Origin: Utricularia gibba
Taxonomy: Eukaryota > Plantae > Magnoliophyta
Assembly: GCA_002189035.1 (NCBI GenBank)
Contig: CM007992.1
Coordinates: 2,108,001 to 2,172,000, forward strand
DNA: 64,000 bases
Reading direction: 5' to 3'
In this document: piece by piece, positions 25,001-38,329 of the stretch
How positions within the stretch are numbered: position 1 is the first letter of the stretch
Layout: the number at the start of each line of letters is the position of its first letter
Notes under the pieces: generated by a model
Databases searched by the model: none
What the model was told of the DNA's origin: nothing
The model's input: the letters and a program-made list of their open reading frames with translations, nothing else
Translations under genes and position numbers: made by a program

Positions 25001-27891
25001 ATCTCAATGTACCTGATAGCACAAAATTTTTAGTATTTTAGTACTAGAAAATGATTAATATTATGTTATAAAATTAGGATTTCACTAAGCATTTATGTAT
25101 TTTCGAGATTAATAGTACTGTTTAGGTTTTTTATTTTAGATTGAGACTAAATCCTGAATTTAGCATCAATCTTTATTTTAATTACTTTCTTTGAGCAATG
25201 CAGCATGTTTTCAGCTGTACAAATCATAATGAGCTGAAAATGCACAATAAAAGTAGATGAAAATGGAGACCGAAGGAAGGAGAGAGAAGACCCAAGTCCA
25301 AAGAGAAGAAAAAGGAAAATTTTGTATAAAAAGACACACAAGATGGAGATAGAAAAATATCTCCCGTTGAAGAACACACAGCAAATCTGGGTGAGGGGTT
25401 ATGGAAGAAAAAATCACAAAATGATGAAGAAGATGAAGAACAAAGAACAAATCTAATGTTTAGAAAACTTCTTTTGTTCTGGAACATTGCTCCTAGTGAG
25501 GAGTAGATTGCAACATTTTAGGATTTTGCATGAACTATTTACATTTTTTTTTAGTATTTATGTTCTTTCTGCTATTAGATTTCAACTTAAATATGTTGTG
25601 GATGATGTTTTGTATATTAATTTTTTTCCCTTTATTATGAGTAGCTAGCACCAAATGGTGTTTTGGGATCAAAGGGGACAAATAAGCTCATTGTTCCTTA
25701 AACCATGCTAGCCATATAGTTACACGTCTCCTTAACAATTCAAGATAGATCCAGGAGAGTGAACTAGTGATACTCATATTAAATAACCCTAGTTACAGGT
25801 GGATCAAAGATTAGAGAAAAACAAAAGTTTAGGTAGAGTTAAACTTTTTTTTTATTAGATGCATGATTTTAGGTTGGGGTGGGATAATGATAACAATGAG
25901 CATGTTGCTCTTGTATGTCTCAAGATATTGCATTGTTTTTTTTAGACAAATATATGATTTTATCCTTTTATTTTTTTTTTGTATCTTATTATCGAACTGT
26001 CTTAATCTTAACTTAGACTTAATCTTCAAATGTGACAAAAGCAGAATGTATTAGCCTTCATATGACAAGCACATAGATCATTGTGTTCAATCATAATCCA
26101 CTATGCTGGTATTTGTTTTATGATTAAGTATGCATTAGGTATATAAATTTATATGATAGGAATAATTTGCATATTTATGACACGTTCAACATTTTTTGTT
26201 TATCAGTGCCAAACTTGAGATACTTACTTTGAAGTGGCTGTATAAAACGAAGTTCAATGCTGATAATACTAAGGAAAGATAAAAAGCTAGGTTATTGGCT
26301 AGAGGATTTACACAAGTCAAATGGATAAATTATAATGAGATTTTTGCCCCTCTAACTCATTTGGATACCGTTAAAATACTGTTGGCTTTGTCTTCAATGA
26401 AAGGTTGGCAGGTGCATCATATGGATTTAACCGCAACCTTCCTAAATGCGATTTTTGAAAATGAGGTTTATGCCTACCAACCAGAGGTTATGTAAAACCA
26501 GGACAAGAGCATATGGTGCTAAAACAAAAGAAGGTATTGTATCGCCTCAAACAAGCAATGTGAGCTTGGAATACCTAAATTGATAATTTCCTTGATATTG
26601 CATGATTTGTCAAAATTGAAGGAGATCATGGTCTGTATGAAAGTTGTTGGAAGTAATATTGTGTTGTTGTGTCTATATGTTAATGACCTTTTGGCGGCTT
26701 TCAACAGCAGCACACTACTATCAAAAACCATAGAGTGATGCTTGTTGAGTTCAAAATGGAAGATCTTAGGCCTGTTCATTACTATCTTGGCATGGAGATA
26801 TACCAACAAGAAGGTCTTGGAACATTTATCACAGAAAGAAGGTATTGTGAAGAGATGCTGATGAAATTTGAGTCGATGGGTTTAAATGGCACAGTACACC
26901 ATAACTAGAAAACTACTCTTCGATTGGAGCATCAAGGAAAAAATTCAGATGCAACACTCTATCGCAGTATGGTTGGGAGTCTACTATATCTCTCCCATAC
27001 CTAGCAGACTTATGCTTTATTGCTAGCTTACTATCCAGATTTTTGAAGTGTCTCAAGCTAAGTCATTTTGCTGCAGCCAAGAGAGCTATGCATTATATGT
27101 TAAAGCAATTGTAAACTTGGAAATCTATTATCCTATTGGAAATGAAAATGAGATATCCAGCCTGTTTGGGTTTGCTGACAGTGATTATGCAGGTACAAAA
27201 GATGCTACAAGCACGCCTGGATTTATATGTGAGTTGAATGACAGATTCTTCAGTTAGTGCTCAAAGAAACAGAATGTAGCAACACAATCCACAGCAGAGG
27301 CAGAGCATATTGCTGCAAATTATGCTTCAAATCACTGTATTTGGCTACGGCAACTACTATTAGAGATTGGGTTTGATCAAAAACATCCTACAATAATACA
27401 TATGGACAACAAGGCTGTGATCCCCATCTCTAAGAACCCAGTTCAGTTCAACAAGGTTAACTCAAACAAATGAATCAAGCATGTAGAGACTTTAGAACAA
27501 TGTGCAAACATCTTTATCAAACTAGTGGGAAGATTGGTTTTTGAGAAATTGAAGAACATGATTGGTATGATGAGCATAGATGAGTTTGAAAAACACAAAC
27601 AAATCAATCTTTCCGCTGATAGGGGGTATTGGGGTCAGCTCCCAGCTTGGAGAAGAAGAAGAATGAAGCTTAAGATAAATAAATTACTTTTGTTATTGTA
27701 TTTCTTTAGCTCTTTTGAAGCTTGTGGAAGGTACCCGTAATGTGGGTATAAATATCCAAATGTGTTAAATACTCAGGTTGTTGGGAACAATTGATTTTGT
27801 GTGGGCAGCTTGTCCCTAAAATTTAGGGCTGTTGAATCATCTTGTTCTTCAAAATTCATCTTTCAATCATTGAACATTTAAGGTTCTAACA
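22095..27891 (+). mobile_element. Degenerate Ty1/copia element with partial 5' LTR, interrupted by a solo LTR
   Basis: 5' LTR remnant 22095-22204 matches the end of the 3' LTR (27630-27891); PBS TGGTATCA at 22205; gag IPKLDATNYHEW (ORF 22359..22844); protease DSGTSKHM; integrase DNGEEY; RT ARGFTQVKWINYNEIFAP; RNase H FADSDYAG; PPT AGGGGG at 27621. Confidence 0.9.
25014..26205 (+). mobile_element. Solo-LTR-like element, TGATAGC...TTATCA (probably Athila-like gypsy)
   Basis: TSD GTACC / GTGCC (one mismatch). It interrupts the copia RT, whose reading resumes on the far side. Confidence 0.85.
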
Positions 27892-27929
27892 GGTCAAAAG
27901 TTGATCAATTTTTGATAGCATACTATGCT

Positions 27930-28170
27930 TGATAGCAAAGGCGTGGGTTTGGGCTGGCACTGGATCATTTGGAAGCAGTCTAAAAGTTTGATAGGAGAGT
28001 GTGTTTGAGAAAAATGTAGTTCATGGGCATTGAATAGATTTCAACTTCGAGGAAGTGATATGAAGGGGCTGAGATCCTTTATAGCAAACTCCAAGCTTAA
28101 AGAAGCAATATACTTGTAGACAAATGATGATGAGCTACCTATAGTCAAAATGTTATCCATATTGATGCTA
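27930..28170 (-). mobile_element. copia RT fragment
   Basis: ILTIGSSSSFVYKYIASLSLEFAIKDLSP...HFSQ...LLDCFQMIQCQP.PTP. Confidence 0.7.
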
Positions 28171-28329
28171 TCAAAAATCTTGCCTTTCGGGATCGACTTC
28201 GAGCAACCTCAGATTCTATGTTTGTGTGATTAAAAAGAGGTAAAAGACATTGAGAAGACCCTAGGTCAGGAGCAAACCCCGTGAAGACAAGGCTCCTTGT
28301 AAAATCCAACTTTTAGCTTTGCGACATTA

Positions 28330-29000
28330 GAGCATTTGACACCTGAATGTCTTCTCGAGCAAGTTGTTCAATTATAAAGTTAACTTGCTCATGACTTCTT
28401 TTAGCTTTGTAATGTAATCCGCCATTTGCTCATGGGTGATGGCAAAGTTCCTAGTGTATTAATCAACAACCAACCCTGAGTCTAATAATGCTTCGATGCT
28501 TATTTTTTTAAAAAATAAGTCCCTAGGGCCCCTTTCATATTATGGTCGAGCATTCATAGATATCTCAAAAAAGAAATTTTGGATTTGATTGTGTGTTCAT
28601 TGGAAAGATATGAGACTGAGCGAGGATACCAAAGACTCAAGTGCATAGCCGCTCCTCTCAAGAAGCTTAGGCCATAGTTTTAGTATAAATAGGAATAGAT
28701 ACACCTCCTTCACAACTCATTTGTCTCATATTCGAGGGTTCAATAAAATAGCAATGGCAGATCTGGATCCACATGTCAACCCTGGTAGTACGCAATCCGG
28801 TTAAACAAAGGTCATGACTTCACAAAAAACTACCACATTGAATACCGACCATACTCCAAATGTAGGCTCATTTCCCCAAATAAAAAGTGAGCACCTGGCA
28901 ATTAATAGTGTCTCTCGAGCAGCTGCTAGCCAACCATTTAAATGCTCCTTGGAATTGGGGGATGCTCTAGTGTACAAGCTTCTCTTCACTTATTTCTTAT
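28330..29000 (-). mobile_element. Tat/Ogre-clade gypsy pol fragment (RNase H and additional aRH)
   Basis: WLAAARETLL and SRSAIAIL resemble RNase H; SIEALLDSGLVVD...FAITHEQMADYITKLKEVMSK resembles the additional RNase H domain. Confidence 0.6.
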
Positions 29001-30179
29001 ACCATTCTCAACTATTCTCATTTCTTTAAGTAAAGAGAATTTCTTTTTGAGTCTATCCTAACAAAGTAGATAGAATAGCCGGAAGAGAGATTTTTTTATC
29101 TCATGTAATATTTCCGCCACTTCCAAAAGACAGACGATAGATGTGAAAGGGAGAGTGTGGAAGCCCTATGGCTGGGTTTGGATGTGGTAATTAGAAAGAG
29201 GGTCAGGATGAATGTGAAGTGGAAACAATTTTAACAATATTTCATATCTAAAGCTGTGTTTTGCACACATTCTAATTATCATTTTGTATTCTTAAAATGA
29301 GAATTTGATAATTTTCAAGAATATAACTATTCTCATTTTCTAGAATGAGAATCATTCTAAAAAATGGCACATGAATGCAAAATAAAATATTTTGGTCATT
29401 CTGACTTCCATTCTCATTCTAACAATTTTTTTTTTTCATAAATGCTATTTTTCTTACCTATTTCAATTCATTTCTTTAAATTCCTTCTCTACTTTTCCAT
29501 TGAAAAGTTTTGAGCAATTAAAAGATCAAGTCTATTGTGTGAATTATCATTTGTAATTTGTTAAAAAGTAATTTCACACTTGAAGTGAAACATATTTCTT
29601 TTTTTTACAATCTCTTCTTAAAACTACAGAAACAAACTCATTTTTTATCATTCTCATTATAGTTCTTATTCATATCGTTTGATATGAATATTTAAGTTTA
29701 ATCTGGGTTTTACTTAAATGGTTATATATAAACAAGTATCGAGGATTTCAAAATCAAAATGTTTTTGATATATATGTACGAATTATTATGATTTATTTTC
29801 TTTGTTTTGGTTTAAAATATAAGGATTCAGTAGTTTATATATATCATTATATTTATACCCTCATCAAAACATTTAAAATACCATATCACCATTATAGTAT
29901 ATTTTTAAATGGAAAAGCATATCATGTATTTAATTCAAATAATAGGATATGTTCTTTTTTTTTAATTAAAAAATATTGCGTACGCAATATGATCGCAATC
30001 ATGATGTTGATGTGATCCTATCATACTTACAAAAATATATATCATTTTTTAATTTAGTATGAAATTAATATTTTTTAATGTGGTCGCAGGAGAAATAAAA
30101 AATGAGCACAATTGAGTATGAAATTAATATTTTTTTAATGTAATTAAACTCACTGCCTACCTATCAGATTGGGTCCTTT

Positions 30180-31790
30180 GAGAATGAACTAGATGACAAT
30201 CTGATCATCAATGGGGGTATTTACCACATTTGGAGAACGGAGTCAACGTAATTGTTGGACTTCATTTACAATTTAGGAATTTCAATGAAAAGGGTTTCAC
30301 GTCTTCCAAATATTTATTTCCGTATCTTTGCTGGGTTTGATAATATTGTTCTTTGTATGTTTTCTATGGAACACTCTAATAAGCATATAATGAAAACTTT
30401 ATTTAGAAATCATAAGCTTTATGAGCTGAAGATTTATGTCAGTCAAAAAAACATAGAGAATAAGAAGCAGCCAAAGAAACTCCTCTTGCATTTCCATGAT
30501 TTGTCAGTCTTGCTTCCAGGATTTCTTGAGAAACTGGCTGACTTGTTGTGTCCATAATTTCTTCATGAAGATGTCGTTCTGTTGGGTAGTGTGATCTTGG
30601 AAACGCAATCCATTTTTATGTATGGTATTGAGGATTTGATGACATTGTATTCTCTTTCATTGAAGATCTTCCGTGATCATTATTTGCATGAGGATCCCTT
30701 TCATATGCATATCCCAATTCCTTTATCATGCCGACATGTCGATGTGTACGAACCGTATGATGAAATTTTTTACTATTATGATGTGAACTCTTTGTATCCT
30801 TGTGATGGAGAATTATCCTATGCCTAGTGGTATACCATATGGAGAAATCAATTGGAGCCGGTTGGTTTAGACATCGTATTTGGATTTATTGAAGCATACA
30901 TAGCATTTCCTACATTTATAACCATGGATTTGTGTCTCATAAAGATAAACATGGTACTTTAATCTTTCCAACTTGTAAATTGGAAGGCATCTTTTATAGT
31001 GAGGAGTTGAAGTTTGCTCGTGATTTATGTTATAGTATGATCCTTCTAAACGAGTACATGTTTAAGAAGAAGGCAAATTCTTTCGACAATTTTATTAATG
31101 ATCTATATGAAAATAGACTGGAGGTTAAAATGAATGGTGATGAAGCTATGATGAGTCTTGTATATAAAATTTGATGAAGTTGCTCTATGGCCTGTTTGAG
31201 ATGAATCCTGAAAATTTTATCAATTAGAATTGCGATAAAAAATAATAAGAGAAATTGTTGATGAATGATAATTTTCAATCTGCTTCAAAGCTCATGGATC
31301 ATTACTATGGCATTAATTACGTTCCTATTTAACCCATTCAAATAATGACAACTAGATGGCATGGAAAGCATCGATGGTTCAATTGTATGTGGCTACAATC
31401 GATTATTTGAGAATTCAATACTCTCAGGACCAAAGAATTATGGGAAATCCTCTTGATGATGATGCTTAAATCCATCAGATCGAAATTTGTATGTTTAAAC
31501 TTGAATATTAAGTGAAAATGATATATTCTTAGCACCAAAGCGTTACACCATAACAAAAGAAAAGGGTTCTAATGCATTAAAATATAAGAACCTAGCTAAA
31601 TATTTTCACATTGGAGTAATATAAAAAAAGAATAATTAGTAGACCTCAAGCAAACCAAGAAATCTACGAATGGTAATTTCCGAACTTGCACTTAAAATTG
31701 GGATGCCTAAGAATACCAAATGCAAAAATAAATATTCAGATAATGAAGAATGGATAAACTTACAAGATCATGATGTTAATATTAATTTCC
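30180..31790 (+). pseudogene. Protein-primed family B DNA polymerase (organellar/mitochondrial linear-plasmid type), degenerate
   Basis: YYYDVNSLYP (30771-30800), TLIFPTCKLEGIFYSEELKFARDLCY, FINDLYENRLE.K..GDEAM.SLVYKI, a disrupted YG motif region (31162-31211), FKLEY and LAPKRY (about 31530-31547), and FHDLSVLLPG..L.KLA.LLCP upstream. Many stops and frameshifts. Confidence 0.85.
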
Positions 31791-33793
31791 AATATGGATT
31801 GTGTCCCGAAACTTGAAAATACAAAAAAACAACCCGAACACATTAATGACAGAGTTGATAATAGCATGGATTTGGAGATACTTGATGTTGATCTGCATGG
31901 ATATGAAGATAGCTGAAGTTACATGGATTGAAGAAACCATTGGCCACTCAATTGTCCATGGCTACAATCGATTCTTTGAGAATTCATATGTACCCAGACA
32001 TTTAATGACCTGAACCTCAGATCTAGATGTTTGGACTGTTACCGGATCCAAGTGAGTCATCGGTTCCTTCAGCATGGTTCTTCCCTTTGGTGGTTATACT
32101 CTCAAGTCATTCATTTGTTGTGGTTGCATGATTTCTAGGGAATAATAGCACATAAACTTAATGGAGAAACCGATTCTGACACAGCATTCAAAGGAGATAC
32201 ACATGGAACACTTAGAAAATAGAGATTTTATTCCCCAATCACTAAGGTCCTTGGTTCACTCTGCCACTTCATCGGTCGCTCTCGCCGCAATAGTCTATTG
32301 AAGGTGCCAGATCACATTCACAAATCGACTTACACATCACCTTCTGAAGATGCTGATGCATAACTTCCTCTTGAGCCAAATTTACTTGATTTTAGTTTTT
32401 ACTCCATTGTAGTGCGCTATAAGTCCAAATCTATATATACACATTGTGTTGCATTAGAAAACTCATGAAATGGAAAAAAAATTTCAGCAACATCTATGAC
32501 TTCTAATTTTCATTTTCTTATTTTTTCTTTTGAACATGGTATCAGAGCCATAGGTTTGTGATCTCGTTCTTGAGCGTTTTCTTCCTCCTTGGTTCAATTT
32601 CTATCTAAGTAACATTCATCAATGGCTAGAGCATACAATTCATGATCTGCAAATGTAATGAGTGGGCGGAATGAAAGGAATTCCAATCTCATGTCACTTG
32701 CTTGTAATCCGATGCTTCTTTTGACATCATCAGAAAATCTTGGTACTGCTTTGATTAATTTTCCACTTACCACTACTAACTTCAGTAATTGGAGTGGTGC
32801 TATCAAATTGGCTTTGTATTGCAAAAAGATAAATTGGAATTTGTCACTCGTGAGATGGTTATACCTAAGCATGATTCTCCTGAGTTCAGATTATAGCAGA
32901 AAGCTGATAGTATGGTGCGTTCACGGGTGTTGCATGATATTTCTAGAGATCTGACTCCCACTTTTAGTAAGGCTGTAACTGCACGTGAAATGCAGATATC
33001 TCTTGAAACTCATTTTGGCCAACTAGGCACTTCAACTGTTTTTCATCTTTTTAAAGAACTATTTGTATTGGAACAAGGAATATGAATAGTATGGATTATT
33101 ATTTAAAAGTGCATACTCTATGGCATGAAATTTTCAACAATTTACCTATCTCTCAGTGTAGTAATTGTGGCACTGATCTAGATGCGGATGGAGGCTTGGC
33201 TATGGTTCGTTTCACATTTTTTAGCAAGATTGATGGACTCATATGACTCAACTCGAAATTTCATATTAACATGAAACCAACACCTACCTTAGAAGAGTCA
33301 TTTTCTATCGTACTCAACACAGAGCCTGGTAAGAACGAGATGACTGATGTTATTGGTCCAGCATTATTGAGCAAGGTTGCTGATGATTTTAACATGCTAG
33401 CATATTGAAGTTCAAGAGAGATGAATAAAAAGTCGAGATTCTGTACAATGTTTTAAAGGAATATGAAATGCTGAACTACCTAGTTGGTTTCTTGAGTTTA
33501 AAAGGAAATCTGGAAAACAAGTTTGTGGAAAATCATCGAATTAAACAAATGGCGTGAAGAATATTAATATCTCATATGCTACTAAATCAGGACTTTTGAG
33601 TGCAGACACCACCAATTTAATTAAATACGAGATACTGAAGATATTTAGAATATCAGGGATGATGGCCCAATAAGATGAGCAACTAGCAAAGGCCAAATTG
33701 GCTGGAGTGAGTGAATTCAGTGATAATTGCTTTTCCTTTCATCTCTCACTTGGTGCTTTGCATGATTCATATGATTTATGTGATCATTCTAAG

Positions 33794-35584
33794 AAGGGAA
33801 TGGCATGAGCAGAAATGTAAAAAGTAAATATGATGATTTCTTATAAAATTCCATGAGATAATGGCCATATTACACCACTTTGACAAAAAAGAGAGATAAG
33901 AAAGAAGGAGATATTTTCACAATCTCCAAAATCATTTTTATGAAATAAAGAAACAATTTTCAAAGACACACTCACGTCCATAATAGAGAAGAAGGCAAAC
34001 CAAAAAGAGGAGGAAGAAAAAGGAGCATTTTCTTTCAACCAAAGAACCATAAATCCGACTCCAAGAAGGCATTACATCTAGTTGGGAACAGTCATCAGAA
34101 CATGACTTATTATAGCGATATTTCATGTATTTGAACATTTTATTTACACTTATTGCTTTATTTTCGTAATAGTAGCTATCAACTAGTTATAAATACAAGG
34201 AGAGAAGAACGTAAGAGAAAAACACCTAATTTATGAGTCCAACTTAAAGGTTGATCAAAAGGCTGAAAGATAGGTATATAGGTTAATTTTTTTGGATAGA
34301 GACTAATAGAGTCTGATGTGTATTATGTACCTTATGAACTTGTAGATCCAAGTGTAAGGTGATTTATGAAATTTAAGAAAATGAAAAACAAAAAATAATA
34401 AAGATAAGTGATAACACATATTTTTGACTAATTGAATACAGGAAAATGACTCATATTGTGCTACAAAATTTAAGCTTTACTATCTAGTTCTATATTTTAG
34501 CGCATAGTACCGTAGTTATATTATTTTTGTCTGAGTTAGATTTAGTCCCAACCTTACTTCTAATAGTTTTCTTTGAGCAATGCAGCACATGTCAGCAACA
34601 CAAATTCCAAGAAACCGGATATGAACAGTGTGATAGCAGAGGATGAGGCAAAAAGTCTGAAAAGAAGAACACAAAATTCAAGAAAAAGAAAAAGGAGGAT
34701 TTTGGACAAAAAGGGGGACAAGATGAAGAGAGAAACAAGCTCCCCATTGGAGCACATGACACAGCTTTCTGAAGACGGTTTTCTGGGGGGGGGGGGAAGT
34801 TGTAGAAGAACCATCGGGAAGTAGTGAAACTTATTTTGACAACCCTAATTAGAGGTAGACCCAAAGATTAAGGGGAAAATAAGAGTTCGGGTAGACCTAA
34901 ACTTTGTGTGTTAGTTGTTTGAATTATGGTTTGCGTGAACTTGTTTAGTGATAAACATACATTTCCTAAGAGTCCCAAGGCATCACCCATTTCATTTCAG
35001 GAACAACCGAGTTCAAAAGCTTGTTACTTTTCTTTACTTTATTTTATCGTAACTTTGTCTTAGTTCTAGTTAAGACCAAATCTATCAACATGACACTTAT
35101 TTCATGCATTGACTTTCACATAGCAAACACCTAACTCCTTGTGTTCGACCCTAATCCACTATGCTCATATTTTTCATATGATTTGATGTGAATTAGGTTT
35201 ATAAATTTTATTTGATAGGAGAAATTTTCAATTCTAGCGACGTTGTATCAATTTTTCGCTTATCAATAAGTTTGAAAAGATCTAGAGCCTGTTGGATTAG
35301 TAGCACTTTAGAATTCTAAAATAAAAGGTTAAATAAGCACAATTTCATGAAATCACTAAAGCATTCATGTTTTAAGTTTGGTAAAGTTGAAGTTTAATAT
35401 TTGCTATATTGTCATCGTAATTTCATATCTTTGTTGTAATTTGATATCATTGTAATATGTCGTTATAGTTCAATCCCAAAACCACAATGCATCCATGATT
35501 TGTATTTAGTGTGGAATATTGATTATAAATTTTATTGATACAAAAATTCTATTTTATAATATTGTTAAAAAATTTTGTTTATCA
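33794..35584 (+). mobile_element. Gypsy-type LTR remnant inserted in copy A, homologous to 52364-52941
   Basis: Direct similarity to 52364-52941; ends ...TTTATCA; hosts the solo LTR 34409-35265. Confidence 0.65.
34409..35265 (+). mobile_element. Solo-LTR-like element, TGATAAC...TTATCA, internally deleted
   Basis: Perfect TSD ATAAG (34404-34408, 35266-35270); closely similar to 61051-62192. Confidence 0.9.
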
Positions 35585-38329
35585 CACAAATTATGTTGTT
35601 GTACATTTTAATTCAATAAAAATTGTAACTTTTTGAAATACCCTACCTCATCTTCATTAGATCCCAATTCCTATGAATGACATTTCTTTTAGAAATGTGA
35701 TACATGTAAAATATTCCCTTGCATTTTATGGACCCAATACCCCATTCTCGCAAATGTCATCTGACTCTTCTCTATAGTATTAGGCAACCCTCACTATTTG
35801 CATAACTGTTGTCATGTAAATAAATGGTGAACCTGCAACTTAACAAGAAGATGGAAGTGGTGAGGTGCTTATTTTTGTGAATGGTGGGTGAATATCCGCA
35901 ATCCGCAAATTGCATCTCGCACGATGTTGTTTTAATCAACTATATCTTTCCAACTAGTCAACAAGTGGATGAACGTTAGTTTGTCATTTGAGACTTCTAA
36001 TATGTTAGTTGAAAGTATCCACTTATTGTTAGATTTTCCCTAATTCTTTTTAATTTCAAAATAGGAACTTTCTAATGCATCTAGCAAAATTCTAGAAACA
36101 TGCTTGTATGGTGTAAAAGGCATAGCCAAAGAATGAAATTAAGGCTAGTAATGCATAACTCAAAAAATCTAAAAGTAGATCTGTGGTTGGAGCTATCAAT
36201 CTTTATAAACTTCTTTCCAAATATTGAAACAGATTTGGAATATTGTTTAAAGATAGAAAATCCAGTGGAAAGTCTAGTAGATTCCAACACTATCAGGCCA
36301 AGGAATGAAATTCAGGCCCATAGTTGAAAGTGATGAGGACCATGCAAAACAGGAAATAGAGCATCCCATGGGAAGAGGCCATGGATCTAAGAGATTACCA
36401 CCTTGGGTGAATGACTACACCATGATGACTATGACATAAAAGAATGAAGAATGGTTGAGTAAATACGTTATGATGGCAGCATCAGAGGAGAAAATAGAGG
36501 ATATGGAGACATGGAATGCAAGAGTTGGATATTGAACCAAGAAAATACTCCGAGCCTTATGGGAACCCAAAATGCACGAAAAAATAAGATCTCTCAAAAA
36601 GAATGAGACGTGAAAAGTCACCACTCTACTGTTGGGTAAAAGAACCATAGGACATGGGTTCATAAGACATAATTAATTTTAGATAGAATCATTTCAAGAT
36701 ATTAAAGCTAGGTCGGTGACAAAGAGGTACATGTAAAATGAAAGAGTGGATTTTGTTGAAAGCTTTGTTCCAGTAACCAAATCCACAACAAGAAGGTTGG
36801 CCTTAGCACTAGTGACAAAACATGGATTGAACTTTCAATAAGTGGATGTTAACAACACAATTTTACATGGAACCTGAACGAAGGTGAGGTTTGTGAATTG
36901 AAGAGGTTATTGTATAGACTCAAACAAGCTTCTATACAGCCGTACCTTGAATTGAGTGAATTCTTAACATCTTTAAATTTTGTTCAATTGAAGTTATGAC
37001 TGTTTTTCTTGTATACAAAGATGACGTTATGATAGCAGAATCATCGTTAGATCAAGTTTTAGAGACAAAAAAAGTATTGGACAAAAGTTCACAATCAATG
37101 ATCTTGGAAATACATCTATTTTTTTAGGTTGGAGATCATGGAGAAAGCCGATGGGTTATACATATCACAAAAGAGATATTTGAAAGACATATTAGAATTT
37201 GTACATGACATGTGATTGTATTTTAATATACCTATTGCTCAAAACAAAAAACTGCTACATAATGGTGAAACTATTGATGATAGTGGTTATAGGATCCTTG
37301 TTGGTAAACTGGTATATTTGAGATTTGCAAGACTAAATATTGCTTTTACAGTATAGGGTTTTGAAATATTTGGAAGAGACCTCAGAGCTTGGTTTGTATT
37401 ACCTTTATGGATGAAAAATAGAACATGAATCATATAGTGATGTTGACTAGGGGACTTGCATATTAACATGAAGATCTACATTTGGTTATTGCATATTTGT
37501 GGGTGATTGCTTGGTATCATGGAAAAAATATGAAGCAAAAAACTATTTCTAGACCTTCAATGGAAGTAGAATATAGAAGTCTAGCCACAACAACAACAGA
37601 ATCAATGTGGCAATCTAATCTTCCAAAGGATCTATGTGAAGTTATCAATGCTCCTATTTGGTTGTGGTTTGACAATCAATCTGCCATTCACATAATAGGG
37701 AATCTGGTATTTCATGACAGAATAAAACACTTGAATATGGATTGTCATCTGGTTAGGGACAAATACAAAGAAGGTTTCCTATGCCCAGATTTCATTCCAT
37801 CATGACAACAACTTGCGGATATTTCACAAAACCCCTACAGAGCGCTCAACACAACAGCTTGGGGGAGGGGAGGTTGATAAAGATAATATTTTATATTTAT
37901 AATTATAGTATTATGAATATATTATGCTGTCTGTAAATATATTTTTCATATATTGCATCCTCATGTGACTTAGAATTATATTGTTCCCATAATTTCTCTA
38001 AAAGTCAAATTGATTGCACTTGTTATTATTGATTTAATTGGTCAACATTTGTATAGTATGAGATTTTTTATTTTCATCCTATAGCACTATTACTCTGAAT
38101 ATTCAAGAAAAAAATTCAATAATCTTATTTGTAATAGCACTATTTATTACAAATAAATAAGTATTTGTCATGATTGCAATATAGTTAAGTGCAAATGTAT
38201 TCAATAGGTTATGCTACTTACTAGAAATTACAAAAACCCTAGGCCTTCTAGATATGTAAAACAATAGAGTGAAAATTAGTTAATATAATAAAAGAGATAA
38301 AAGTATGTTAAAATACTTGAGGAATAAGA

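Larger units (their letters stand above)
32400..38275 (+). mobile_element. Highly degenerate copia element (copy A) with nested LTR insertions
   Basis: LTR end AACA at 32536, PBS TGGTATCAGAGCC at 32537-32549, gag_3-like SSENLGTALINFPLTTTNFSNWSGAIKLAL, integrase C-terminus at about 36100-36190, RT 36540-37300, RNase H (ORF 37482..37805), PPT near 37860 and LTR start TGATAAAGAT. Confidence 0.75.

Noticed and set aside
29230-29700. Tourist/PIF-like MITE (GAATGAGAA-rich, similar blocks at about 40520-40685)
   Set aside because: The motif resemblance to the PIF ends is suggestive, but paired TIRs and a TSD could not be defined.
30180-31790. Polinton/Maverick or DNA virus insertion
   Set aside because: No integrase, packaging ATPase, protease or capsid ORFs and no long TIRs nearby; the motif wording looks like plant mitochondrial plasmid polymerases. 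Not excluded without a phylogeny.
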